NCBI RefSeq assembly: GCF_044704955.1
Contig: NC_091980.1
Location: 274,474,001 to 274,538,000 of the forward strand
Direction of reading: 5' to 3'
Length of the DNA: 64,000 nt
Origin: Pristiophorus japonicus
Lineage: Eukaryota
The notes beneath the pieces were generated by a model. It was not told the origin of the DNA. It saw nothing but the letters and a program-made list of their open reading frames with translations, and did not search any database. Made by a program: the position numbers and the translations under genes. Positions 25,368 through 37,471 of the stretch are shown in pieces (positions within the stretch are counted from its first letter, which is position 1; each line of letters opens with the position of its first letter).

Positions 25368-25468
25368 CAAAAACAAGATACTGTGGATGCTGTAAATACT
25401 CAAAGCTCAGGCAGCATCTATGGAGAGAGAAACAGGGTTAACGTTTCAGGTCGATGACCTTTCATCAG
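25368..25468 (-). mobile_element. Penelope-type terminal fragment with hammerhead core, inserted in a Deu-SINE 3' half (25315-25595)
   Basis: Minus strand CTGATGA A AGGTC atc GACCT GAAAC GTT AAC; same repeat at 46707 and 55166. Confidence 0.65.
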
Positions 25469-25713
25469 TTCTCATTGCTGTTTATGAGACCTTGCTTACA
25501 ATACAACGATGACAATACTTCAGCACTTCATTGGCTGTAAAATACTTTGGAGTGTTCTGAGGTCATGAAAGGCGCTATACAAATGCAAGTTCTTTAAATC
25601 TCCTGCATTTAATCTTGTATTATGACTCCTTGTTCTAGACCTGAAATAGTCTGCATCTATCATTTTACAAAAGGAGTTGGTTTGATGGGCCAAGTAGACC
25701 TTTTTTCTACCAA

Positions 25714-27006
25714 AATGGCCGGGCACTGTGGACACTCTGCGTCTCTGGGAGTCGTTAGGTTGGTAGCGAGGCGCTGGCTGAATAGGGCTTTGAGTGCACC
25801 AGCGTTGATCTTCCTGCAGCATTGTTTCTGTTCTCACCGCTGTTTTGGGACAATGTTGATTGTGATGACAAAGCGAATTAGGCGGTGGTCCGTCCAATAG
25901 TCGTCAACTCCTGTCATGGTGCGGGTGATGCGCACGTCTTTGCAATCCCTCGCTCGCATGATAACGTAGTCTAGCAGATGCCAGTGCTTGGAGCGAGGGT
26001 GTTGCCATGAATCTTTATATTTGTCCTTCTGATGGAACAGGGTATTAGTTATGACGAGGCTGTGTTCTAAGCATTTCGTCAGGAGGAGGGTACCATTGTA
26101 ATTGGTTTTCCCTAACCCCTCTCTGCTGATCATACCTCCCCACAGGTCAGTGTCCTTTCCGACTCTCGTTGAAGTCACCAAGGAAGATCAGCTTGTCGCC
26201 CGTTGGGACTCGAGACAGGGATTGTTCGAGGCTGGAGTAGAATTCCTCTTTGGTCTTGTCTGTAGCTTCCAGTGTTGGGGCGTATGCGCTAAAGACCATA
26301 GCGCACTGGTTCTGGGCTAGGGTGAGCCGAAGAGTCATGAGGCGTTCGTTTATCCCGCAGGGGGAATCTCTGAGTCAGCCCACTAGTTTGTTTTTTACGA
26401 CGAAGTCAATCTCATAGAGGTGGCGTTCTGCTTCTGGTTTGCCTTTCCAGAAGAAGGTGCAGCCACCACCTTGTTCTTTGAGCTGGCCTTCCCCTGCCCG
26501 CCGGGTCTCGCTTCGGGCAGCTATGTCAATGTTGAAGCGCCCGAGTTCCCGGACAACGATGGCGGTGCGACGTTCCGGTCTGTTGCTGTAAGGGTTGTCC
26601 ATAAGGGTCCTGATGTTCCAGGTCCCAAACTTTATCTTAAAGTGTGGAAGACGCCTGTGCATGAGTTCTTTTAACGTGGGGTGGCCATTGCACACCAGCT
26701 ACCACATGGGTTTGACTAAGCAAGGTCTTGGTCCAGTGGCAAAGGGATACAAGACGACTGGAGACCAGGCTGTGCTGTATGGGCCTTGTTCATACACACG
26801 CATACTTCGACTGTCCTCCTTCCCCCGGGCCTCTATCCCTGGGTTTCGGAGGACACAATGGTGGTCTCACAAACTCGCTGCTGGCCCATGCTGCATTACT
26901 CCTGGGCCACGACCCCGCTGCTGGTTTGTGCTGCGCCGCTCCTGGGCCATGACCCTGCTGCTGTCCTCCGACCTCCGGGCTCCCGTTTCCTCCACCCTCC
27001 GGGCTC
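25714..27006 (-). mobile_element. RTE LINE 5' UTR plus APE endonuclease, 3'-truncated
   Basis: KFGTWNIRTL, SETRRAGEGQL, SAYAPT, LGDFN, HWHLLDYV, WTDHRL. Confidence 0.88.
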
Positions 27007-27591
27007 GTCTGCATCTATCATATTTTGCAAAAGGAGTTGATTTGATCAGCCAAGTAGACATTTTTTTCTACCAATGCTTATATTCTGAATGGCAGAGGCC
27101 AAGAGGCTCACAGCTCCTCTACCCCAGAAAATATTGCAGGATGAAGAGAAAGCTAACAAGAGGGAGAAACACATATTTCAATTGTTTGAAAAAGTTTTCT
27201 CGTTTCTGATTCTTTCATTACTTCATCAATGCCTTGTGGATCATATGGATTCTGAATACCTCCAATTTTTCCTATTTTGTCCCTAATAGTAGCAGATTTG
27301 AGCTATGATGGGCTGAATGCCCTTTTAGCTTTGACTTTTATGATACAGCTTTACTTTGTAAATGGCTTTTATTTCCTGTTTCAGTTTTGAAAGTCAACTT
27401 TTATATTCGAACCAATGCTCCTCCTAAGACACAGCAAATTTAAAAGATCGCGTGCACAAAAAATTGAGGGAACATTGATTAGAACATACCATTAGCTATT
27501 GTAACTGGCCAAATATTTAGCGCTATAGTTAAGCTATCGTGGTGAAAACATTTTACTGTTCGAGACACTAATCATAGCAGAAAATGAGCCA

Positions 27592-28364
27592 CAGACTATT
27601 ATCTGAACGGTGACAGATTAGGAAAAGGGGAGGTGCAACGAGACCTGGGTGTCATAGTACATCAGTCATTGAAGGTTGGCATGCAGGTACAGCAGGCGGT
27701 TAAGAAAGCAAATGGCATGTTGGCCTTTATAGTGAGGGGATTTGAGTACAGGGGTAGGGAGGTGTTACTACTACAGTTGTACAGGGCCTTGGTGAGGCCA
27801 CATCTGGAGTATTGTGTGCAGTTTTGGTCTCCTAACTTGAGGAAGGACATTCTTGCTATTGAGGGAGTGCAGCGAAGATTCACTAGACTGATTCCCGGGA
27901 TGGCGGGACTGACATATCAAGAAAGACTGGATCAACTGGGCTTGTATTTACTGGGGTTCAGAAGAATGAGAGGGGATCTCATAGAAACGTTTAAAATTCT
28001 GGCAGGTTTAGACAGGTTAGAAGCAGGAAGAATGTTCCCAATGTTGGGGAAGTCCAGAACCAGGGGTCACAGTCTAAGGATAAGGAGTAAGCCATTTAGG
28101 ACTGAGATGAGGAGAAACTTCTTCACCCAGAGAGTGGTGAACCTGTGGAATTCTCTACCACAGAAAGTTGTTGAGGCCAATTCACTAAATATATTCAAAA
28201 AGGAATTAGATGTAGTCCTTACTACTAGGCTGATCAAGGGGTTTGGCGAGAAAGCAGGAATGGGGTACTGATAAAGTTGCATGTTCAGCCATGAACTCAT
28301 TGAATGGCGGTGCAGGCTCGAAGGGCCGAATGGCCTACTCCTGCACCTATTTTCTATGTTTCTA
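27592..28364 (+). mobile_element. CR1 3' fragment (young subfamily)
   Basis: Open 212-aa ORF2 C-terminus; tail ttttctatgtttctat. Confidence 0.92.
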
Positions 28365-29208
28365 TAAGTTACTTTGTATTGTATTGACCATCTAATGTGT
28401 GACCAGTTGTCCAGATAATTCAAATATAAGCTAAAGTACATGTTTATATTATTTGTAATGTTGCCAGCAGTGTCAGTCTAGCCAATTTAAATACATTTAG
28501 CTGCCAAATGCCAAGAGCCAACGTTCCCGAAGATTGATGTTTGAGTTCACAATGTAGCAAGAGGCATGCAGTATCCATTAAAAATGTTCAGATGAGAAGA
28601 CCAAGTTCTTCTAAAATTCCTTCTTCCACCAAAAGACAGATTAATTGGTCATTCATCTCACTGCTGTATGTGGGTTCTCTCTATGCAGAAAATGGCTTCC
28701 ATGGTTACCTACATAAGTCACTGCACTTCAAAGTAATTAACTTGTATTTGAAGCACTTTTGAAACATTTCTGGCAGAAATGAGAGAGGTATGTAAATGTT
28801 TTTTAAAATGCTGTACTGATGAACTACAAACTGCAAACAGTAAAGAAAAAAAATCCTGTTCTAGTGATGTAGTTTACATGAATGCATTTTCTCACTTCAA
28901 GTTGTCATCCTTGTTCACTTTCCACACTAATTCTGAATGAAGTGAATGAATAACACCTTCATGCAGGTTCTTGTAACTCATAAAACATGGGGACAGTGAG
29001 AGCTCTTTTGTCATCTGTTTTCTTGGAGTACATATCATAGATATAACTTTTAGACCAATTTATCAGGATCTCTATTACAGCCAAAGTAAATGGGTAGCCA
29101 CGCCTATGCTGTATTTCTATGTAGGTAGAAATACATCACCTTTTCATCAGGAATTTGTTTTGTGCACTTCAGTCATTTTTTTTGTTTTACTTTCCTCCTC
29201 TCAGCATA

Positions 29209-29345
29209 ATGAATCTGGTTAGCATCATACGTGAGCATTGGACCAATATCCTTGTCCCTCTGGGTTTTGTATTGGGATGTTATCTTGATAGAAGAAATGA
29301 TGGAAAACTTACTGCATTCAGAAACAAAAGTATATTGTACAGACG
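29209..29345 (+). CDS. NDUFB1: NDUFB1 first coding exon (exon 29205-29345)
   Basis: ctcAG|cata ATG; [45 protein letters not shown]; donor CG|GTGAGT. Confidence 0.95.
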
Positions 29346-29567
29346 GTGAGTACAAGATTTACATTTTGATTCCATATTGCCTTATTTACAGATTAATTTG
29401 GGTGACTGCGATATCCCTTATTAAGGATTTATTATTTTACTACAATACTGTATTGGTCTTGATGAGTGTCATTCATTTAGTGATCAAAAGGTTTAGCAGA
29501 ATAAAAAAAATACATTTATTTATTCCAACTGTAAAAAACTGTGGGAAAGAGAAAAGTTGAGCCAATT

Positions 29568-30115
29568 GGTTAGACCTCAGCTAGAGTATCATGTCCAATT
29601 CTGCGTCCCACAATTTAGAAATAATGTCAAGGTCTTGGAGAGGGTGCAAAGGAAATTTACCAGAATGGTATCACTGATGAGGGAATCCAGTTATGTAGAG
29701 AGACTAGAGAAGTGGAGATTGTTCTCCTTGGAGCAAAGAAGATTATAGGGATATTTAATAGAGGTGTTCAAAATTATGTGGGGTTTTGACAGAGTATAGG
29801 AAGAAACTGTTTCCAGTGGCAGGAGGGTCGGTAACCAGAGAACACAAATTTAAGATAATTGGCAAAAAAGCCAGTGGGACATGAGAATTCTTTTTCCTCA
29901 GTGAGTTATGAGGAGCTGGAATACATTGCCTGGAAGGGTGGTGGAAGCAGATACAGTAGTAACTTCCAAAAGGGATTGGATATATACTTAAATGTGAAAA
30001 ATTTGCAGGGCTATGGGGAAAGTGCTGGGGAGTGGGACTAATTGGTAGCTCTTCCAGAGAACTGGCACAGGCATGATGGGCTGAAAGGTCTCCTGTGCTG
30101 TGTGATTCTATGAAT
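29568..30115 (+). mobile_element. CR1 3' fragment (older)
   Basis: LVRPQLEYHVQF, LFSLEQRRL; tail gattctatga. Confidence 0.8.
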
Positions 30116-30284
30116 CAAAGCTGTTCTGATGCTTTGCAACCTATTACAAAGAAGCATTTTCAGAGACCTTCTACGTTGTCTGCCTACCTTAATCATGGAA
30201 TCATAGGGTAGCAGGGGAAAGAAAACCTTAAACTGTTGAGCGCAGTAGCTCTGACCTGTTTTCTCCCTTTTGTCATCACATTCC

Positions 30285-31755
30285 TCTCTGTAATATTGCC
30301 CGACTCTGCCCATGCCTCAGCTCATCTGCTGCTGAAACCTTCACCCATGCCTTTGCTACCTTTATTCCGACGCACTCTTAGCCGCCCTCCAATTTTCTAC
30401 TTACCGTCAACTAGAGGTGATCCAAAACTCTGCTGCCTATGTTTAAACTCGCACCAAGTCCCGTTCACTCATCACTCCTGCGCTCGCTGACCTACATTGG
30501 CTCACGGTTAAGCAACGCCTTGATTTTAAAATTCTCATCCTTGTTTTCTAATCCCTCTATGGCCTTGCTCCGTCCTATCTCTGTAATCTTCTCCAGCCCT
30601 ACAACCCTCCCAGATATCTGCACTCTTCTAATTCTGACCTTGCGTATCCCTGATTTTAATCGCTTCACCATTGGTGGTCGTGCCTTCAGCTGCCAAGGCC
30701 CTAAACTCTGGAATTCTCTCCCTCAACATCTCCACCTCTCTACCTCTCTTTCCTCCTTTAAGACGCTCCTTAAATCATACCTCTTTGACCATGCTTTTGG
30801 TCAGCTGACCCAATATCTCCTTATGTGGCTCGGTGTCAAATTTTTGTTTGATAACAACATCAACTTATATTTACATAGCGCCTTTATCGTAGTAGAACGT
30901 ACGAAGGTGCTTCACAGGAGTATAATAAGACAAAAATGTTGACACCGAGCCACATAAGCAGAAATTGGGCAGGTCAAAGAGGTAGGTTTTAAGGAGCGTT
31001 TTAAAGGAGGAAAGAGAAGCGAAGAGGGTTAGGCAGGGAATTCCAGAGCTTGGGGCCTAGGCAACAGAAGGCATGGCCACCAATGGTTGAGCAATTATAA
31101 TCAGAGATGCTCAAGGGAGCGGAATTAGAGGAGCGCAGATATCTCTTTGGGGGGGGTTACAGAGATAGGGAGTGGCGAGGTCATGGAGGGATTTGAAAAC
31201 AAAGATGAGAATTTTGAAATCGAGGCATTGCTTAACTGGGAGCCAGGAAACCAATATAGGTCGTCAAGCACAGGGGTGATAGGTGAGTGGGGCGGTGCGA
31301 GTTAGGGCACGGGCAGCTGAGTTTTGGATGACCTCAAATTTACATAGGGTAGAATGGGAGGCCGGCCTGTAGTGCATTGGAATAGTCAAGTCTAGAGATA
31401 ACAAATACATGGATGAGGGTTTTAGCAACGGATGAGCTGAGCAAGAGTCCAGACGGGCGATGTTACTGAGGTGGAAATAGGTGGTCTTAGTTATGCCGCG
31501 GATATGTGGTCGGAAGCTCATTTCAGGGTCAAATATGACACCAAGGTTGCGAACAGTATGGTTCAGCCTCAGACAGATGTTAGGGAGAGGGACAGAGTTT
31601 GTGGCAGGGACTGAAAACAAGGCTTCGATCTTCCCAATATTTAATTGGAGAAAATTTCAGCTCATCCAGACGGTCCTGTGAAGTCACATTCCTGTCAAAT
31701 ACCTTGGGACGTTTTACTATGTTAAAGGCACTATATGAATGCAAATTCTTCTTCA
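30285..31755. mobile_element. Plus-strand L2 3' part with a minus-strand L2 (~30853-31669) nested in its tail
   Basis: Plus copy stops at gataac; its remaining tail (cctgtgaag..cttgggacgttttactatgttaaaggc) resumes at ~31675. Confidence 0.8.
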
Positions 31756-32574
31756 GACATAAAATCAACAACAAAATTACATGGATAGACTGTTAATCCC
31801 AAATATTTACAATTTTGTTCATCCCAATTCTTTGTAACTGGATATTGCTTTTTTGGTATTTTGCTTCTCTGGGGTAGTGAGTCTTAGAAGAAGTGCTTCT
31901 TTAATTTCTATAGGACGGAATCCCATGACATTAACATTTTTTTATATAGGAAGTTACAATATGCAGCTGCCTAAACCCAGCATTACTGAGCTTATCGTGC
32001 TGTTAAATCTGTGTCTCCCTGTGACATAATTGCTTCTAAATCAGGCAGTTTATTTCCCACACTGAATATTGCAATGTATACACTCTTTGTTTATATTTAA
32101 CGTAATACATTTTCCCTTTATTTTGATTTTGTCCAAGTTAACGTTTCTTTCCTTTATCTATTTCCGGCTTATAACTGATTGAATTTTCCTCCTCCATTTA
32201 TTCGATCTGCATACTATCCTTTTTGCTAAATTCTTTTCTAGTTATATATTTACCTCATCAACTTCAACTTTGTGTTTTTGATTTATTTTTATTGCCCTCT
32301 TTCCTCATTTAATTGATTCTAACACCTTGGAAGCCATATGTAAAAACTACTAATTTTATTAAGACACAGAAATAAGAGAAGTAAGATGATTAAATCAGTG
32401 GTACGAGTCCGGTATTACAATACTTGATTTCTTATCAGTACTTTAAAATAGTTCCAAGACAAAGCTCAAGATACCTTAACAGTTCTCTGCAGTAATCTGG
32501 ACCACGTGTGCAATGCAGTGGCAAATAATGAATATCAATGTGCACAAATTCAAAAGGATCTTGACTGGCTCAAT

Positions 32575-33330
32575 CATAGACAAATGCAATTTAATACAGG
32601 GAAATGCTAGGTTATGGCAGAGGAAAGATTGGTGTAGACTGGAGGTATTGGAACAGGAGAAATATCTTGGGGTTTCAGTGCGACGGTCACTTAAAAATCA
32701 GCACAATGATTCCAGGCTGCTTTTTTTAAAAAAAAGCAAATAGAATGTTGGATGCACAGCAAAGGGTGTGAATATAAATCCAGAGAGGTTATTTTCAAAC
32801 TGTATTTGGCCCTGGTGGGGCCACATCTAGAGTAGTGCATGCAGTTTTGGTCTCCCTATTTTTAAAAAGCTTATTCAGTTATTAGAGGGAGTATAGAGAA
32901 GGGCTACATGGTTGTTTCCAAATGAGGAAAGATTGGCTAGATCTTTTCTCTCTTGAAAAGAGAAGACTGAAATGGGTTTTGATAGAAGTGTTTAAAATTA
33001 CAAAAAAGTTTAAACAAATTGGGCCCAGGTCAATTTTACAGCCGTACAGAATTTAAGCATAAGGGGATCATATTTATACATTATACAACACAAGAATATA
33101 GGAAGTACACAAGGAACATCTTTACTGAAAGGGTGGGAAGTATGTGGAAGATTACCAGTATGGGTGATGGAGCCAGAAACCTTAATGGGTTTCAAGAATG
33201 AACTGGACAAATTTTTGTCAACAAATGGGATTTAGGGTTATTCGTAATGCACCAAGTGAATAATGTGGATAATTGGGCTAAATGTGCCAACGGTCTTCTC
33301 CTGCCTTAAACTGTTACTATCTTATGGAAT
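32575..33330 (+). mobile_element. Old CR1 3' fragment
   Basis: Degenerate ccacatctagagtagtgcatgcagttttggtctcc and related CR1 motifs. Confidence 0.65.
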
Positions 33331-33404
33331 TCTTCATTAGCTTGTGGCTCATATAGCAGTGCAGTGAGATGGGAATTAGTCAATAATGACTCCAGTCCCA
33401 GTTA

Positions 33405-35521
33405 TATAGAAAATAGGTGCAGGAGTCGGCCATTCCGCCCTTCGAGCCTGCACCGCCATTCAATAAGATCATGGCTGATCATTCCTTCAGTACCCCTTTC
33501 CTGCTTTCTCTCTATACCCCTTGATCCCCTTAACCATAAGGGCCATATCTAACTCCCTCTTGAATATATCCAATGAACTGGCATCAACAACTCTCTGTGG
33601 CAGGGAATTCCACAGGTCAGCAACTCTGAGTGAAGAAGTTTCTCCTCATCTCAGTCCTAAATGGCCTACCCTTTATCCTAAGACTATGTCCCCTGGTTCT
33701 GGACTTCCCCAACATCGAGAACATTCTTCCCGCATCTAACCTGTCACGTCCTGTCAGAATCTTATATGTTTCTATGAGATCCCCTCTCATCCTTCTAAAC
33801 TCCAGTGAATAAAGGCCCAGTTGATCCAGTCTCTCACATGACAGTCCAGCCATCCCTGGAATAAGTCTGGTAAACCTTCGCTGCACTCCCTCAATAGCAA
33901 GAACGTCCTTCCTCAGACTAGGAGACCAAAACTGAACACAATATTCCAGGTGAGGCCTCACTAAGGCCCTGTACAACTGCAGTAAGACTCTCCTGCTCCT
34001 ATACTCAAATCCCCTAGCTATGAAGGCCAACATACCATTTGCCTTCTTTACCACCTGCTGTACCTGCGTGCCCATTTTCAGTGACTGATGAACCATGACA
34101 CCGAGGTCCTCCCCTTTTTCTAGTCTGCCGCCATTCAGATAATATTCTGCCTTCGTGTTTTTGCCCCCAAAATGGATAACCTCACATTTATTCACATTAT
34201 ACTGCATCTACCATGTATTTGCCCACTCACCTAATCTGTCCAAGTCACCCTGCAGCCTCTTAGCCTCCTCCTCACAGCTCACACCGCCACCCAGTTTAGT
34301 GTCATCCACAAACTTGGAGATATTACACTCTATTCCTTCATCCAAATCGTTAATGTATATTGTAAAGAGCTGGGGTCCCAGCACTGAGCCCGGCGGCACC
34401 CCACTAGTAACTGCCTGCCATTCTGAAAAGGTTCTGTTTATCCCGACACTCTGCTTCCTGTCTGCCAACCAGTTCTCTATCCACATCAGTACATTACCAT
34501 GCGCTTTGATTTTGTACACCAATCTCTTGTGCGGGACCTTGTCAAAAGCCTTTTGAAAGTCCAAATACACCACATCCACTGGTTCTCCCTTGTCCACTCT
34601 ACTAGTTACATCCTCAAAAAATTCCAGAAGATTCGTCAAGCATGATTTCCCTTTCATAAATCCATGCTGACTCGGTCTGATCCTGTCACTGCTTTCCAAA
34701 TGGGCTGCAATTTCATCTTTAATGATTGATTCCAACATTTTCCCCACTACTGATGTCAAGCTAACCGGTCTATAATTACCCGCTTTCTCTCTCCCTCCTT
34801 TTTTCAAAAAGTGGCGTTACATTAGCTACCCTCCAGTCCATAGGAACTGATCCAGAGTCGATAAGATTGTTGGAAAATGATCACCAATGCATCCACTATT
34901 TCTAGGGCCACTTCCTTAAGTACTCTGGGACGCAGACTATCAGGACCTGGGGATTTATCGGCCTTTAATCTCATCAATTTCCCTAACATAATTTCCCGCC
35001 TAATAAGGATATCTTTCAGTTCCTCATTCTCACTAGACCCACTGTCCCCTAGTACATTCGGAAGGTTATTTGTATCTTCCTTTGTGAAGACAGAACCGAA
35101 GTATTGGTTCAATTGGTCTACCATTTCTTTGTTCCCCATTATAAATTCACCTGATTCTGACTGCAAGGGACCTACATTTGTCTTTACTAATCTTTTTCTC
35201 TTCACATATTTATAGAAGCTTTTGCAGTCAGTTTTTATGTTCCCTGCAAGCTTCCTCTCGTACTCTATTTTCCCCTTCTTAATTAAACCCTTAGTCCTCC
35301 TCTGTTGAATTCTAAATTTCTCCCAGTCCTCAGGTTTGTTGTTTTTTCTGGCCAATTTATATGCCTCTTCCTTGGTTTTAACACTATCCTTAATTTCCCT
35401 TGTTAACCATGGTTGAGCCACCTTCCCAGTTTTATTTTTACCCAGACAGGGATGTACAATTGCTGAAGTTCATCCATGTGATCTTTAAATGTTTGCCATT
35501 GCTTATCCACCGACAACCCTT
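33405..35521 (-). mobile_element. CR1 LINE (young), RT region and tail
   Basis: ORFs 34822-35421, 34208-34807 and 33617-34207 closely match the 3480 copy. Confidence 0.95.
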
Positions 35522-35854
35522 CAGAAGATATATTTTTCACATATTGCAGAAAGCTTGCATTTCTTTAATCTGCTCATATTACTGATGAGCAGAAGCACGT
35601 CGAAGCCAATTTAAACATTTGTTACCTGGACGATGAAATGCGGAGGGAAATTTTGTACTATATGAATTGCCAGTGTGCAATTGAAAAAAGTTGCCCAGAA
35701 TCAGAATATTTGAGTAAAAAGCTACAGAGGTACTTCTGTCTTAACTTTGAATAACAAGGAAAGTGAGTATTGTGATAATAGGATTTAATACCTATTTAGC
35801 TACTTCTGTAGTTGAACTGTTGTACATTTTAATTAATATTATCGTTCTTTTTAG

Positions 35855-35891
35855 GGAATTGAAACCAGGTGAAGAAACTACATGGAAGTAA
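35855..35891 (+). CDS. NDUFB1: NDUFB1 last coding exon; full protein 57 aa
   Basis: ttttAG|G GAA TTG AAA CCA GGT GAA GAA ACT ACA TGG AAG TAA (RELKPGEETTWK*); phase matches. Confidence 0.95.
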
Positions 35892-36204
35892 AGAACCGAA
35901 AGCTATGCCGAGAAAACATTTGTTTATGCATTTAAAAACCATCCCAACGGCAGTTTTAGTCTTGACGAATCTTTGTTTAGGGATTCAGTGAAAGTTTATT
36001 TGAATAATGCTGGTTTTGTTCTATTAGATTTTGACCCATCACATGAAATGTTTATCTTCATGTAACATAATTGGTTTAAAATTGTAAAATTTGCCAAGAT
36101 TGTCCCCTTTCCATCACTGAAATATAAAATGTAAAAATACATGACAAACAGTTCATTGTATTTATTTCATGAACTTGGATGTATACAAGTTGTAAGTCAG
36201 ACTT

Positions 36205-36210
36205 AATAAA
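36205..36210 (+). terminator. Candidate NDUFB1 poly(A) signal
   Basis: AATAAA ~310 nt after the stop, followed by a T/GT-rich tract. Confidence 0.6.
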
Positions 36211-37471
36211 CCTTATATGATATTTTTTGTTTGAATCTTTTCATTCAACTTTTAAATTTAAAATTGTAAAATGTTAAGTGAGAAATGGTAGGACATGGAT
36301 TTGTGCTTGTAGGTGCCCTTCTCATTCTTTTGCCGTGGGAATTGGCAAGGGAAAAATATAAACATTTCAATCAATTACAAGGGGTCAGCATACTTGTAGT
36401 AGAGTATGTTTGATATTGTTTCATTAGTGTATCTACCAGTTTTGAGCTGTCGATAATCCTACAGAACCTGACTGATATCCTTGTGAATCTTGGTATGTTT
36501 GAGTGGAATTTATGTTCCAATATTTCAGTAGCTTTAAAGTAGCATCCTGGGAGAGTTTGTTTGCTGTCCTTATTTTTCCTCGAGGAAGGGTGGAGGTAAG
36601 AGGGAAAAGAGAAGGAAGGTGGAGAAATCTATATTTCTGACTACGGTGTGGTATTTGTAGGTGGTCTTCAGTCAGGACAAACGGTTTGCTTCTTTCAACC
36701 AAATATGATTTGGCTGCTGCAAGAAAGACTCAGGAATTTATGTTCCAATATTTCAGTAACTTAAATGCTTTGCCAGAGTGAGTGTTTGAAACATCTTCTG
36801 TTCATTTTAAATTTATCTTTTATAGCGGATCTCCTGTGGCATTTTTTTAGTTTCCTGAGGAAACCTTGCAACTTGTAAAGGGTTAGTTTCAGGTCAGAAG
36901 CACACAGGCAACCGGCTTTTTACTCTTTAAAACTTGTTTTGCATCTGTACCAAACTTCAAATTTTGCACGTGCTGGTGTACTGTTTTTAACACAAGAAGC
37001 CTTGAAGAGCGGTGAAGGATCATTTTACTATGATTTTATTTATGTATACACGAGTTGATCTGCTTTATCTTGTTTTTAATGCTATTGAGTTTTTACTATC
37101 TCTGGGTTGGGGGAGGAGGGGGGTCAGGGTTTATAAACAGCAAGTCTTGGCATGCTCTGTAAATGACCTGTCTTTAATTAAAAAAAAATCCTTGTATGTC
37201 ATGTGCTTCCCTGCCCCGGATTTCAAAAAATTATGTTCCTTCGACTCAAAAGAGAGAAGCCTTCATGTGCCTTCTGGGAATTGTAGTCTACAACCTGGTT
37301 AAGGCTCTTCATTTAAGGAAATCCCATGAACTCAACATGATTTTTAAAATATATTTTTGAGTCAATCAAAAAGTGTGATGTGCTAAACTATATGATTCCA
37401 TTTCTAATCTTTCTCGTAGATCTTCCGTGGCATTGGATCGCAGTAAGATTTTTTTTTTATATCAAGACTAT

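Noticed and set aside
26595-27209. 204-aa plus-strand ORF, and the similar 211-aa ORF at 50457
   Set aside because: Antisense read-through of RTE 5' regions
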